The notes beneath the pieces are model-generated. The model did no database searches, was not told where the DNA came from, and saw only the letters and a list, made by a program, of their open reading frames with translations. Positions 34,601 through 47,866 of a DNA stretch of 64,000 bases are shown piece after piece (positions within the stretch are counted from its first letter, which is position 1; the number at the start of each line of letters is the position of its first letter). Source of the DNA: Convolutriloba macropyga (taxonomy: Eukaryota); the NCBI RefSeq assembly GCF_964194025.1, contig NC_134468.1, positions 20,336,001 to 20,400,000 on the forward strand, given 5' to 3'. Both the position numbers and the translations under genes were made by a program.

Positions 34601-37290
34601 ATGGGATGGTGGGAAAATTGGGTCCCGTCACTGCCCTCAAGACTGTTAAGATGAACATACTTAACTGCAACGAGTGCTAATTGAACCTCTATAATCTGAC
34701 AACGGAGTTTTTAAATGCATTATTGAAAGTTTTCATCTATTTGAAATCGGTTTAGCGTAATTTTCTTCACATTTTGGTCCATTGTTTGGTCTCATTATTG
34801 GTCTCATTGTTTTCTACCATGCAAACGTTTAAGCCATTCAACATCTATTCTCACTTTTTTTTAACTTTAGTGTCAATGAAAAATCAAATGTGAGTACTGA
34901 CGATCACGCTAGAAAACAACTAAAATTATCGATAAGATGGTTTGAAAGCGGAAGTTTTTGCGAATTCACGTTCTTGCACCGGGGCGAGAGAAATTGACGT
35001 GTGAACTCGGATGAGTGCTGTCCAAACATTTTGACGAAACGCAAATTACCAAAAGCCCTCCACTAGTCCATGAGTTGCAGCTTTTGGCGTTTCAACTTGA
35101 TTAGCAATAATCCACAATTTTCTATTGGATGGAATGAAAAATCAGCATATTTTGTGGCTTCGAAAAAACCTACGGAAAATCAATTTCAGATATGATGAAA
35201 CCAATAAAAAATACATCTTTTTAAAATCAGTGGGCAATATAATTGCTTAAGATCAGAACATTTAACGTATTTGGCCTGTGCCTCCCGGGCCCTGGGATCA
35301 TGGGAGGAACAGTTCGTGCTGTAGGGGTTTGCTTCCGTGGGTGAGCTTCCTATTAGAAGCAGACTGGGGGTAATTGCGTACAGGATTTTATTTCTTAGAC
35401 CCTACATATTGGATCGAGTAAAATTCTAGAATGGGAATAATGTATCAAGCTATAGTTGAGTGTGTAAAATTTGTATTGAGCTCAAATTAGGCGTGTTTTC
35501 ACATATGTCCAGATCTAAACCTAGGAAAACCTGAACTTGAACACAAAGGTTTGGACCCCGAGTGCACGAATTTCAACGTAAAGCGCAAGAAATTTTGGAA
35601 AGGAACGCAGGAAAGTCGAGCAGGAAATAATAGAAATGAATGGACTTTGTAATATGAATGATATTAGAGCTCCATAAAAGATTAGATTAGTGTCTTTTGC
35701 ACTTAAACGTTATTCAGGTGCCAATCACCCGTGCATCGAGTCAGTGGATGCTTTGGATAGAGTGGTGACTGGACTGAAGCAGAATGAGTGGTCAAACAGG
35801 ATAGACGTGGGAGTAGTGGATCTACTGCTTCAGAACATTCTAGAACTATTCCAACTGTTGCAGGGACTGCTGCAGCTCTACTTGCAACTCAGGTTAAACT
35901 AGTACAAAAATTCAGCAGAATTAAACTGAAAGAAAAAGTTAACACTTCTGATTATGAACAGTCATATTAGAAAGACTATCACGTGCAGCTCGAAAATTTT
36001 GAATTTGATTCTTTTTTACTCTATCTCTTCCGCCGTGAACAAAGTTTGTATTTACATAAGCCTGCGTGATCAAATTGAAAATGGTTCTTGCAATTTTATG
36101 TTAAGTATCTACCGACTATTGCGATGTGGAACTAGCGATTGCAATCAGTATATCATTATCCGATTTCAAATATCAAATATTATCAATATTTCAAATACAA
36201 TTGATATCTGTTCGCCTTCTTAATGGTATATTTTACTTTTTACGGCTAATCTTGCCTCGTTTTCGTAAAAATGCTCCACTAAAGACCATGGGAGGAGGGG
36301 AATACAGTTCAATTTTTGCTCAACTTTTTTGTATTAATTGTTCTCCTCTTTCAGTATGATATTCTCCTGATTAACGACGACATAACATTTAGGCCGAACA
36401 TCCGAGTCGACACTTCTGTCTCGGACCAAGCATGTGAACAAATAAAGTACTTCATGTCCCCATTCTCTAACGTACTTGGCCTGGCTCACAAGTTCCAACT
36501 GCACCTGAATGACAGAGAAGAGGACCAGGTGGGTGGCATCTTGAACCTCCTTCCGTATATGGCAGCGAGTGCGCATGACGTCACAGGTGCCATCAGTGGA
36601 CACAGTAGACAGCTGCAGCACGCTGAGATGGAACAAGCACGACTGTGAGTTCATAGTTAACATACGTTCTGTTCGTTTCGGAGCGGGGGGCTCCTTTTTG
36701 AAAGGCTGTAAAACTCAGCATAAGTACCCAAAATGAGACGTGTTAAATATTTCACAAAAAGACTAACTAAGCTACCCTATGAAGTTTGTCATGCAAATCA
36801 TCATTATCATCTTCAAACTAGCAGAACTTTGTAATATATACTACAGAACACAAGTTTCAAAAACTTAGACTGCACTTAAATGATAAACAGTGATCAAAAC
36901 ATCCTAATTTCATTTTCTTCCGTCTTGCAAGATCTAGGGGTTTGAGATCTCATCTTTTCACAGGAATTGATCAAATGTAGGGGTTGTTCACATCTTGAAT
37001 ATCGTTTTCAAACCATTTTTCAAAGACTTCGACGGTCTCGTTATCTTTGTCTCAATTTCAGCGCCCAGATGAAACCTGCAACCCCTGTGAAACCTCCAAC
37101 TCCTGCAGTTCTGAAGAGTGATGCTGACACACAAGCCATGGCCAAGGAGATATACCAGGCATCCAGATCCAAAGAGTCCGGTACTCAACTCTCAGCCAGT
37201 GACTGGAGGAAACTGCAGCTGGAGGAAAAACACAGGAACTATGTGTATGGATTAGGACATTTCCCTCCATTTGCGGTGGATAAATGCTGA
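31699..37290 (+). CDS. SPACA9: SPACA9 (C9orf9)-like ciliary microtubule inner protein; join(31699..31870,35718..35892,36393..36644,37062..37290), 275 aa
   Basis: Four GT-AG exons, phases 1,2,2, 828 nt from ATG to TGA. LRKIQAKHEEFLHQKFTFIKAV, CIESV, NRIDVGVVDLLL, FMSPFSNVLGLAHKF and GGILNLLP follow, in order, human SPACA9 as recalled (LRSIEQKYKLFQQQQLTFTAAL, PISSI, STDRRVLLMFL, LVSQSNDLSSLRAKY, GGVVSLIP). The acceptor at 31680 and a gag|gtaagt donor at 29641 suggest a 5'UTR exon. Confidence 0.85.
33420..35620. repeat. Old diverged tandem duplication (~33420-34690 vs ~34692-35620) in the first coding-region intron of SPACA9-like
   Basis: Collinear anchors atctgacaa.gga (33422/34694), ggatgagtgct (33881/35009), ggatcgagtaaaatt (34378/35411), gaacgcaggaa (34561/35603). 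Confidence 0.7.
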
Positions 37291-37583
37291 AGATAAAAAA
37301 CTCAAAGCTGGCGTTACAATTGTTATTCTTATTTCAAACGGGCATACCCTGCATGATATAAATTACTGCTATTACTTTTTGAAAATATAAAAAAAAAACT
37401 GAGATAAAAGTTCAAATAAAATCCATACAGATATCTTGAAATTCTTTCCACGAAAAACCCAATGCAAGAAATGAAGCGCATCAAAATTATTATTTTTGTC
37501 ATGGTAGTCGTTTGGGTAGCAGTATTGACCATATTAACGTGCGAAATCATGGAAGTCGGAACAGGAACTCACGTAAATCTGTA

Positions 37584-37802
37584 AACGCACGAAAGTCTGG
37601 ACATGAACGGACGAAAGTCTGGACACGAACGAACTAAAGTCTGGGCATGGAGGCACGAAAGTCTGATAAACGCAACAAAGTCTTGTGAACGCGCGAAGTT
37701 CTGGAAATCAACACATTAATGTCTGGACATAAAATCTGTCCGTCTTGGACGGTATGGACCTAGACACTTTCTGTGTAGGACACAACGCTTTCTGTCTGGA
37801 CG
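37584..37802. repeat. acgaaagtctggaca tandem array, same family as 2738-3152
   Basis: About six 20-21-bp units. Confidence 0.6.
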
Positions 37803-38186
37803 CCAACCTGAAAGCTGCTTCCTATAGGCTTGTTATACGTAGGTTTAGTTATTAGAAATGGAATAGTGTCGCGAATACACTATCTTAGAATTATATAGAG
37901 GAATCGCGGAGCAAATCCGAGAATTAGCGTATTTGCTTAAATTTGCTTAGTGGAATCGCAATGCGAATCCAGGCTAGAATTTATCTCGGGTAAATGAAGA
38001 GCGCTTACAAAGACAACTTGAATTCAGATTGCTTAATCAGATTATGATTACTTATAATAAAACACTGTGAACAAAATATGAAATAATTTAGTAGACTAGC
38101 GGGAACATATTTATACGTGAATAATAAAAATCTTAGTTATAGTATGTATGATATGAATATTAAAATAGAGAGTAATTGATAATTTA

Positions 38187-38392
38187 NNNNNNNNNNNNNN
38201 NNNNNNNNNNNNNNNNNNNNNNNNNNNNNNNNNNNNNNNNNNNNNNNNNNNNNNNNNNNNNNNNNNNNNNNNNNNNNNNNNNNNNNNNNNNNNNNNNNNN
38301 NNNNNNNNNNNNNNNNNNNNNNNNNNNNNNNNNNNNNNNNNNNNNNNNNNNNNNNNNNNNNNNNNNNNNNNNNNNNNNNNNNNNNNNNNNNN
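38187..38392. other. Assembly gap inside 3' LTR
   Basis: Run of N. Confidence 1.
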
Positions 38393-41140
38393 ATTTCCCC
38401 CATGACAGAAAAAAATTGAAAATGTATTTACAATTTTAGAATCAACACAAATGAGCAGATGAAATGAGCGCACACAACAGAAACTATTAATGGAAGGGTG
38501 CCGCAAATGTTAAATTTAATGAACAAAAAGACTGACGTTTAGGTATATGCTAAGCATATGTAAGCGGGAAAATTTATTTGCACAAATATCAGGTATACAG
38601 TGGTTATCATGTTGATAAACTTGAAGAGCAATTACAGCATATTAAATAATGAAATCCAATTAAAATTGGATTCGCAGAACGAATACATTGCAGAATTATA
38701 ACATGTAAATGAACCAAATTGAAGTAAATAAATTAAATGCACTCACATTAGAAAATGGATTCGCGGAGCGAATACATGAACAAATTGGAAATTGTAAATT
38801 GAGCAACAAATGAAATAAACTAAATCTAACATAAACATTGAAAATTGGATTTGCAGGGCGAATACATGAAAGAAATGAAATGATGTAGTTTATAAGAGTT
38901 TGCAAAGTTTTAATTGTTTTCACTAAATTTCATTTTCAGCGTCCCAGACTGATAATTCTTGTTCCTGCTCATATTCGTAGTACCTGATTCGGGGATCTGG
39001 TGGTGAAGTCTGTCCGATTTGAATATCAGGCCGTGGTGGTGATGGGACTCTTTACTGCTCGGCGTCCTGAATTAGCGCTACTACAGAATTTTCAGTTGTT
39101 GAACTTTTCTTTTCCTTTTTGGTTCTGCGCTTCTTTGATTTTGCCGAACTAGTTGAAGCCAAAGAACTGGTTGGGGAGATGTTCGCGTCTGTGAAGCCGT
39201 AAAATTGGGTCCGTTTTCGTTTACGACCTTCAGTTTGATCTTGAGAAGTGGAAGACATGGATTATTCCTGTTGATCTCGTGATGTAGGCGCTGGCGGAGC
39301 AGGTACAATTGAAATTAATGGTTGCGGAGAAGTCGTTGCATTACCACTTGGTTCATTTAAAGTTGTGTTGCGACGGCGTTTAGGTTGAGGCTTAACTGGT
39401 TTACGGACCGTCAGGGCGCGTTAAACATTCGAATTTACTGAAGAGACTACAGAAGTGGTATCACGTTGACGTTGGCCAATCTTTATCTCTCCCCTCTTCT
39501 GTCTCTTCAAATCATTACTGTGTTTCGCAATCTTTGTTTCCGTCGTCTGTTTATATGGCGCGGGACGTCGTTGCGCATACATCCATAGATTTGTTGATCT
39601 CCTCGCTTTTGTTCCAAACTTTGCTAAATCGCTATCGCGAACTTTTACTGAAGATCGCCCGGGTTCGTTGATTGTTGTCGTTGTGGCAGATGATTTCGTC
39701 ACGAATGATCCTGGTTTAAGAACCTCGTAGGGACCGGCTAGTTGTCTCTTCGCCCTATTTTTGTTCGGGAGTTTCCGAGCCAGTTTGACGCTGAGTGATT
39801 TTTATGTCCGGGGAATGGGGTCTGTGAGCTTTGGGTGAGTAATGAATCAGGATTCTTTATTATCTGAATCTTGTTAACGATGACCCGCGTCTAGTGATGC
39901 CTGACACATGTTCTTTTCAATCTCAGTGTCACTTCTGTTAGGGTTAATCCATCCAGCTTTGTCCAGAAAAGCGTCTGCAGGGACTGTATCAGCATCTAAA
40001 TAGTGATTAATGATTTATTTTTTCATAAATGAGATTTAAACTTGATAGAAGTGTGCTAATATTCCTTAAAGGAGTATTTGCAGGACGATCGAAATGAGCT
40101 TCAAACGGTGTTATCTTTGTTGTTTTCTGTTTTGTTTACCGTAAATCAGAGACTATTTGTTTAATTGCTTTGGACGTTGAGAATGTATCTTTTTTTTCGG
40201 CTTTCATACAAGATAAGCGTCTTTTTATTGATTGGATCATTCGCTCCATTATTCCAATAGCTCTATGATCACCAACCGGAGCGTCGAGAATGTTTATATT
40301 ATTTTCAATACAGTAATTCGTAACTTGTTTACCTACGAGACAAGTTGCTTGGTCTAGGCGTATTGTTCGCGGGATTCCGTGAGTATATGCGTAGTCACGA
40401 AGAAATTTTACTACGTTTGCCCCATTAGCGTTGTCAAAAATTCTAACGTACGGATACTTTGAATCACCATCAAAACATGTTAGGAACTAAACATCTTTAT
40501 CTTTATCGTTTATAATCGGACCCCCAAAGTCAATTTGGATTTCTTCATTAGGTTCTTGACAGGCCTTATGGGGATGCCAATTAGATTTTGGTACGATAGG
40601 TTTTAAATTCTTACCAATATCTGTACATGGGACACAATCAGAGGTTTTTTGTTGAAATTTCGTATAGATTAACAGTCAAGTTTTTTGAATTGAAGACTCG
40701 TCGCCCTTCCGTTCCCAGACTCAAGTACATCAATGAAGACGCTTTACGATCACAAAGTTGCATGGTTTACCTCCGCATAGGATGCCTCCCGCCTCAAAGC
40801 GTTGACAGTGATTTTTCCACGCCGTCTTTGCTTGTTCGTTACGAGTGCGTCGATCTCGTTCTGTTTCTGCTGTAGGATTTTCAACTGCATCTTCATATGC
40901 CGGTTCAGAGGGTAGAATGGCATGCTCGGGAGGGTCAGCCAAGAGAAGATCCACAACAATTCCTTCACGAGCAAGTATTGCAAGTTTGAGTTGGGTCCTC
41001 CAATTTTCCCATCGAAGTGGGGGCTCCAGGGTTGCCTTTTCCCAAAAGGGTTGAATTCCGAGTGGAGATTTGCCGCTATCCTTTAATGCTGACTGCGCCA
41101 TGTTATACGTAGGTTTAGTTACTAGTCTATAACTCATGCC

Positions 41141-41271
41141 NNNNNNNNNNNNNNNNNNNNNNNNNNNNNNNNNNNNNNNNNNNNNNNNNNNNNNNNNNNN
41201 NNNNNNNNNNNNNNNNNNNNNNNNNNNNNNNNNNNNNNNNNNNNNNNNNNNNNNNNNNNNNNNNNNNNNNN
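41141..41271. other. Assembly gap inside 5' LTR
   Basis: Run of N. Confidence 1.
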
Positions 41272-42559
41272 CACAAGGCTGTAACGTTTTCCAACGGTAC
41301 AATTTTGCTGTTTTTTATCCAAATTTGTACCTTCAATTCATATGATTTTTGGATGAATTTTTGTTTTTGAATAACAAAATGACTAGAAAACAATTTTTTT
41401 TTGTTATATTGGCGATACTCTGTCCTGTCCCTAAATGTGAAAGTAAGTCCAAAAACTGATTTTGAGGGTATGCAACCACAAATGAGCATCATTTATCAGT
41501 AAAATGAAATAGAAACAAAATGGCTCGCTTAGTTCTGTGCACAGGCACATATAGTTCCAACACATATGGTGACGAATGAAGAAATTTGTAAATACCGTGG
41601 AAAAAAGGACACATATTCAACAACCAATTAGTGTCAGAGACGGAGCCTGAACCAAAGCTAAAAAGAAGAGAACTTTGTCTCAAGAATATGGAACAAAGGC
41701 CACAGAAGCAGACATAAAGATATTAACCATATTTGAGACAGACAAAGTCTTTGGGGAATCACAAATCAAATGATACAGTGTTTGTATCGCCATACAGCAT
41801 AGCTGCATGGCTATACAACGATTATAAAAATAGGATTTTTCCTATTTAAGGCACTGTTCTGAGAGAAAGCGACGAAGCGAAAAAAGTGGTTGAAATATTG
41901 CTCATTGAGTTTCAAAGAAACATTTGTTCACCTGCAACTCTTTCACAGCTGTTTTAAAATTTCTGTCTAGGTTTGTGTAACATATGCCAAAACGTTGGTG
42001 ATATGTTTAAACTCTTCCGACTATTTTAAACACCTATGAGACAACAATAAGAACTACTTATTCCACATTTAAATAATAGCCATGTTCAAATTAAGAATAT
42101 AGTTTGTCAACATGAGTTTTTAGACGTTTTACAGCAACTTTTCAGTCTTTTTCTAATTTTTACAAACCACGAATGTTTTTTAATTGTGATCAACGACTTT
42201 GATTTTTTTGATTATGTAGAACGTAGTAAAGTGTCATGAGTGGATACTACGAGTATTATAGGTAAATTACGTCAACTTAGACAAGTTAATAAGGTGTTTG
42301 AATTAAGAGTTCATTCTTAAAGGGTTATTGTTGCGAAGGCGCCAGAGAGGGGAGTTGAGTGATATATCTTAAACAAACAAACTGATGAACAAAAGCATAT
42401 TGAGCTGTCGATATAGTTCGTTTGCTTAGCAAAGTTGTATTTGTGCATCAGGCCAAAGTTGAAATGAGTGATTTAAATTTAGAAGTAAACTGGAGAGCGA
42501 AGGTTTGACGTGAACTAGATACTTTGAACAGAACTGGAACTTCAATTTGAAGTAACTAA

Positions 42560-43977
42560 AATGAGCATCCCCAAACCTGGTACCCTAGAATTTTTAAGTT
42601 ATATTCATCATTGGAATCTGAAAATTTGTGGGGATGTTCCCCTGATGATTGTTCATATATAATAGGGATGCGCGGCCGGTTACACCTTTTCGATCTGAGT
42701 TAGGTAAGTAGAGTTTTGTAGATTTAGAGTAACTAAACTGGCAAGTTGTCCGTTTTTCGAAATACCACCTAGCAGGTCTAAACCGCACCCCCATGTAGAG
42801 TTATATTCAGCGTACTTTTACCAAATTTTAACGTCAGGTACACCCAACGGTCTTCTCAGGCCGGCATACCTTTTGGGCCAATCCGACCACCCAACCCCGA
42901 GCTGTTAACACCAGAAGTACGCTGATATGAAGGTTTTCGATATCTTTGATGGAAAAATGACTGCTTGAATTTGATGTATTGCTAATTAATGGTTGCAATG
43001 GGTATTGTCTAGAGTAATGTATGAGATGATCATGAGGAAAGCGTTAGGACAAATTTTTGGGTATTCTGCGGTAAACAGATTTTTTGACGAAAGATAGTTA
43101 GCACTTAAATTGAAACAGTAATTTCTCTAAAAGTTGATGTCGGATTGACCTGAAAATTGGGGGACCAATTTGGATACAAGGAATCCAATTTTAGTGTCAG
43201 ATTTGGCCCCAGATCAACCCCCACGGAACTAAAGCACGCCGGTGCTGCGGGACGTAAAATTTGAATTGCTCCTTAATTATTAGTAGCAGCCTTATGATTT
43301 TTGGAGGGCTAGTGTAAGTTTTCAAGGACTTTCTATTGGTGTTTTTTTCAACTTCCGGAGTGCGACCGGAAGTCAGTGCTTCGGGATAACCCGAGTGCTG
43401 AAAACCAAAAATTGGCCATTTTGAGCAGCCGAATGGCTTTGAAATGCTAATAATATGATAACCTGAGACAAGTAGTGACAAATAATTCCCACCCCGGTCA
43501 ATTTTGATGAACCCGGATTTTTTGGTTTCGGCACCCACGACTCCTTGAAAAATTTCAAATTGCAAACGACTAGCAACGGCTGATCCGTTGGTCAAGAAAG
43601 TTGGCAGGCAAATTGGTGGCACCCTATATTTACTAGAAATCTTTATCCGAAGATGTTTTGACCACTACTTCGCAAGTTATTAAGTTTGGAATTTCGGGGT
43701 CATCCGGGAGGTCGATGAAAAGTCGGCGCGGTCATTGTAGTAGGAGTTAGGCCATGAAGTTATGTAGGTAGATGCAACTATGAGAGAACTTTCCGTGACA
43801 ATAATTATCTTTATCAACTTGACCCTTCATTTTGGACGAATAACCCCTGATTGACCCCTAGAGGTCAAATTTTGGGCTTTTAGGAATACTAGACTTTTCG
43901 GCGGATTTTAAATGGTGAATTGCATGAAAAAATGTAGGGAATAACAATCGCCCTGAGCTTCGGGGTTGAGTTTAGTT
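42560..43977 (+). mobile_element. Probable non-autonomous Helitron/Helentron-type element
   Basis: GC-elevated block ending in hairpin ccctgagcttcgggg plus ...ttagtt; internal tgacc...ggtca palindromes; 5' boundary approximate. Confidence 0.4.
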
Positions 43978-46900
43978 ATTTATTCAACAAATAATTTTTG
44001 ACAGGGATTGATTGCAATTAGTTAATTTGGTAGCGGAAAAAGAAGAATAAGAACTTTTCAGAGCAACGTTCAATGTTCACTAAGCAAACACGGATTGACA
44101 TGTCAAGTGCATTTATGAGATAGAGCAAAGTGGGTTTGTTTGTATAAGAGTCCAAAGGTCGTGTACTCAAGATAAGTAGACAGTTGAACAAAAGTTAGTA
44201 GCAGTTGAATGACAGATCATAATTTGATATTAGTTTTTATGCATAGCAAAGAAACGCCTCCTACAGATTGTGACAGATTTCAAGTGTAAGTTGCAGTGTT
44301 TACTTAAGAGATTAAGGTTTGTTTGCTTTAGATAAGAGCGTATTGATTGAGTATAAATTGAAGTGACGCAGAGAAATTTTGGCAGAGGCAGACGTTAGAA
44401 AATTTTTTGACAATTATGAAGTTTGGACACAGGAGAGTTTTTTGAACAAGCGAAAGAGAGTAATTGGTTTAGTTGGACTAAACTTTAAAAGATAGTGCAA
44501 AAAGCAAAAAAGAGATTGAGATTGAGACTGAAATCTGGAAGTTTGTAATTGCATGACCATCTGGGATAATGAGAGCGTTTTTGATTTAATTTTAATGGGA
44601 AGTGAACCACGGATTTTGTTATTATTAGTTTGAATTACTATTATAAAATGTCTTGAATGTGTCCTTTCTATTGATGTGCAAGTATTTTTCTCACATTTGT
44701 TATCCATATAACAAGAATTGATAATACGAGCCCCATTGTGAATTAACTTATTTCAAGGCAAACTAATTTGCAACAGCATACAAGAGTGGAAGAAGGGAAA
44801 TAGCAGAGTAACAAAGTAACGCTTGCTTCACCAAATTGAAAACCTCTGGTTTATTTTATTTGGTCGATTTTCTGAGCGACAAAGTCCCCTCACTGTTGAG
44901 TCTAGTTAGAAATTAAGAAGATGATAGTGGCGCTCATGGGTGGGCTACATTTCTTTGTTACTTTTTGCTGTTGGTTAATTTCTGATTATTTGAAGAGCGT
45001 GCGATATTTTTCGTCGGAGAAAATGCTGAGAGCACACCGAAAGTTGACGTACATTTGCAATTAGGGTAAACAATAGTTTGATTATGTTTAGTTGTCAATT
45101 GGTGAAGCGTTTTCCTTCACCAGGCTATGAACTTTGCGAATATTGGCGTGAACATCATTTGAACACTGGCATGAAGCTGAGATAGACGGAAGAAGAGATG
45201 ATGAAGTGGTTGCCTACAAAATTGTGTGGATAGGCCTTGATTGCAGTAAGGGATTTACCAAGAGTTTATCGGCGGTCGACTCCAGGGAAGCAAGCATGGA
45301 CACTGACAGAGACGCTGTATCAATTTGACATAAGATTGTCTGACAATCCACTTTTTTATGAGCGAAGCTACAAATTGTTTGTTAGAAGGAAAGCGGGAAG
45401 TAGGGCGGAATTCAATGAAACCAGTGACGCTATGGATCAGAGAACGCGACAACAGTGTTTTCAAAGGCAGGTGATTGATACAAAAAGAAGCGTTGATACT
45501 TTTTTAATGGATGAATTTTGGCGACCCGGCAAAAGTTCTGAAGGATTTGACATTGGGTCCAGCTGTTGTGTATCATGAAAAGGAGCTTTCAGTAAAGATC
45601 TGTTTGGAGAAGTGGAAGATGCGAGAACTGCTGAGAGTGGTAGTAGATTAACAATTCTAGGTTATGGCGATGAACTGCAAATTGGAACTGAGGTTTTCTT
45701 CTGATAGTTTTTTTTGCTCTAATGATTTCAATTTGCCATCAATTAATTGAATGTTTATTGTCATTTTGTGTCTCATGAGTTTTGTGTCTTATTATATCAG
45801 CAAAAGGGCAATCGCAAGATTTAATGTGACCATTTTCCTGGGATATATAAAATTAAAAAAACTTTTAAGGAAAGCGTTATCTAATTTCCTTTTTCCTGAA
45901 TTTCTTTTACCACTTTTTCTTTTTTATTAATTTGTCTATCCTGTGGTTAAAATTTGGGTAAAAAATCGTAAAAAAATTCAAATATGCGTTGAGTTACAAT
46001 TCATCGTGAATTTTCAGAAATTGTAATAAAAAATTTCTCAGCTTTGCCCTGTGTTTAATTCTACTGTCCTCCGTTCTTTCTCAAACTCATTAGTTTTATG
46101 GATTACATGCTGAGTATTATCATAAAAAATAAGCGGCTCTTTTCCTAGAAGTCAACAAAACCGTTTAATCAAAAACTTTTTTATAACATTTTGAAAAAGC
46201 ACAAGGACTTCAACTATGATGAATAGTTACATGTGTTAAATGCCCGAAAACAGTGACATCGGAATAGATAGCTGTTGGCTACAACTTCCATTCACTTCAT
46301 AGTATAGACATTTCTCAAGTATAACTAACTATTGTTTCTCTTTAACCAATAAAAATCATTTCATATCCATTTATGTGTTCTACATAGCTCATTCTTTAGA
46401 GTTTATGGTGATATTTCTTGACCTATACCTCATTTTGATGGATTAGTGAAGTTTTCCATCTATAAAGTAGCATCATTTGAACAATATGACATCAGCAATA
46501 AAAATATAAATTCATAAAAAGGATTACAACAGTAAAGATCAGATCTGTAATGTACGTTGACACATAAAGTTCAGCAGCGTCAATTGCCAAAAAACAACAA
46601 ATTTAAAAACGTAATAACATTATCTGATTTTCCTCGGAAAAAATGTTTCAAATATTTTGAATAGAGTTTTCTTGCTTCTACAATAGATAGCTCGGCAGTC
46701 ACTACAGAAACCTGTCAAAGTACTTTTTTTGCTTCAATTACAGCTGCATTATTTTTAAACAAAAATATTGCTTTTTTACTCTGTAAAAAAAAACCTGTGT
46801 TACTTTAAACATTTTATTTTCAAAATAACCCACGAAATTGTTAGTTGATTTCTTTAACTTCACGCTGTTTTTGAAGTGATACATAATAACGCGGAAAAAC

Positions 46901-47866
46901 TCGAAGATATTTTTTTAAAAAGTTTGATTGCAAAATTATGATATCACAGAGTTATAAGCTGTCTTCTAAACTGATTTTTTGTCTCAAAAAAGGTAACATT
47001 TGAAATTAGCGCGAGCTGGTTCAACAGCTGGCTATAAAAACCTGGAAAAAATTTGAAAATTATTCAGGAATTTTGTAGCACAAGTTTGGAGAATTTTTCC
47101 GAAACATTACTGCTTATTAGTATATTAACCAGTTTAAAAGATGACAGAATTAGCAGTGACCGATGTTAAAAGGCTCGTGAAAGTTGCAAATGGTCAAACT
47201 TTGTCGACATAGATTGATTTAAGATTTTTTTTCTTGAAACGCTAAAACTTTTGGGAAAAAAATTATGAATTCAGTTACAAGGTTAACATTTGATGAAAAA
47301 ATCTCTATAACTGACCAGAAGATAAAAACTAAAGTATTTCATTTTATAATTTTTGCAATACTTTTCTCCTCTGCCAATTTAAGAAAAAAGATTACGAAAC
47401 CGTTTAAAATGTCATTAAAATGTAAGTTGGGGCAAAACTCAACAATGAAATGTAGCAAAATTGCCTGAGCGTGTATATCTCTTGACGAGCATAAACAGAG
47501 AAAGAGGGACAGATTTCGAATAAAAAATTTACTGAATTTTTTTGTTTTTTTTTAAACCTTTTGCATGAGATTCTTACGTGGCATATAATTATTACTAAAG
47601 CTGTTCATACTACTTGAGCGACGACTATCTAGAACCCTTTTTCTGTATCTATTTGACATCAAATAAATGAATTTATTCTAGATGTTACCAATTTCTAAGT
47701 ATAACGTAGAAAATATTATGAAAAAAAAATCGTCGAGAATATATTTAATGAAAATGTCTCTTCGACAATCGAATCAGTTTTGTAGTGCGTTTTAATGGTG
47801 CCACTTTTATATCCCATCACAAAAGCTATTGCCCGGTCAAATTTGCATAACAAAAATGTGGATGAA

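Larger units (their letters stand above)
37831..41275 (-). mobile_element. Internally deleted Ty3/Gypsy LTR retrotransposon
   Basis: TSD AGGCT (37826-37830 and 41276-41280); both LTR ends read tgttatacgtaggtttagtta (37831, 41101); PBS TGGCGCAGTCAGCA (tRNA-Ser-like) next to 41101; PPT gggggaaa at 38394-38401; gag start fused near ~40650 to integrase core (IQIDFGGP, HGIPRTIRLDQ, IGIMERMIQSIK) with stops; no PR/RT/RNaseH seen. Confidence 0.9.

Noticed and set aside
36334-36663. 109-aa minus ORF
   Set aside because: Antisense shadow of SPACA9-like exon 3.
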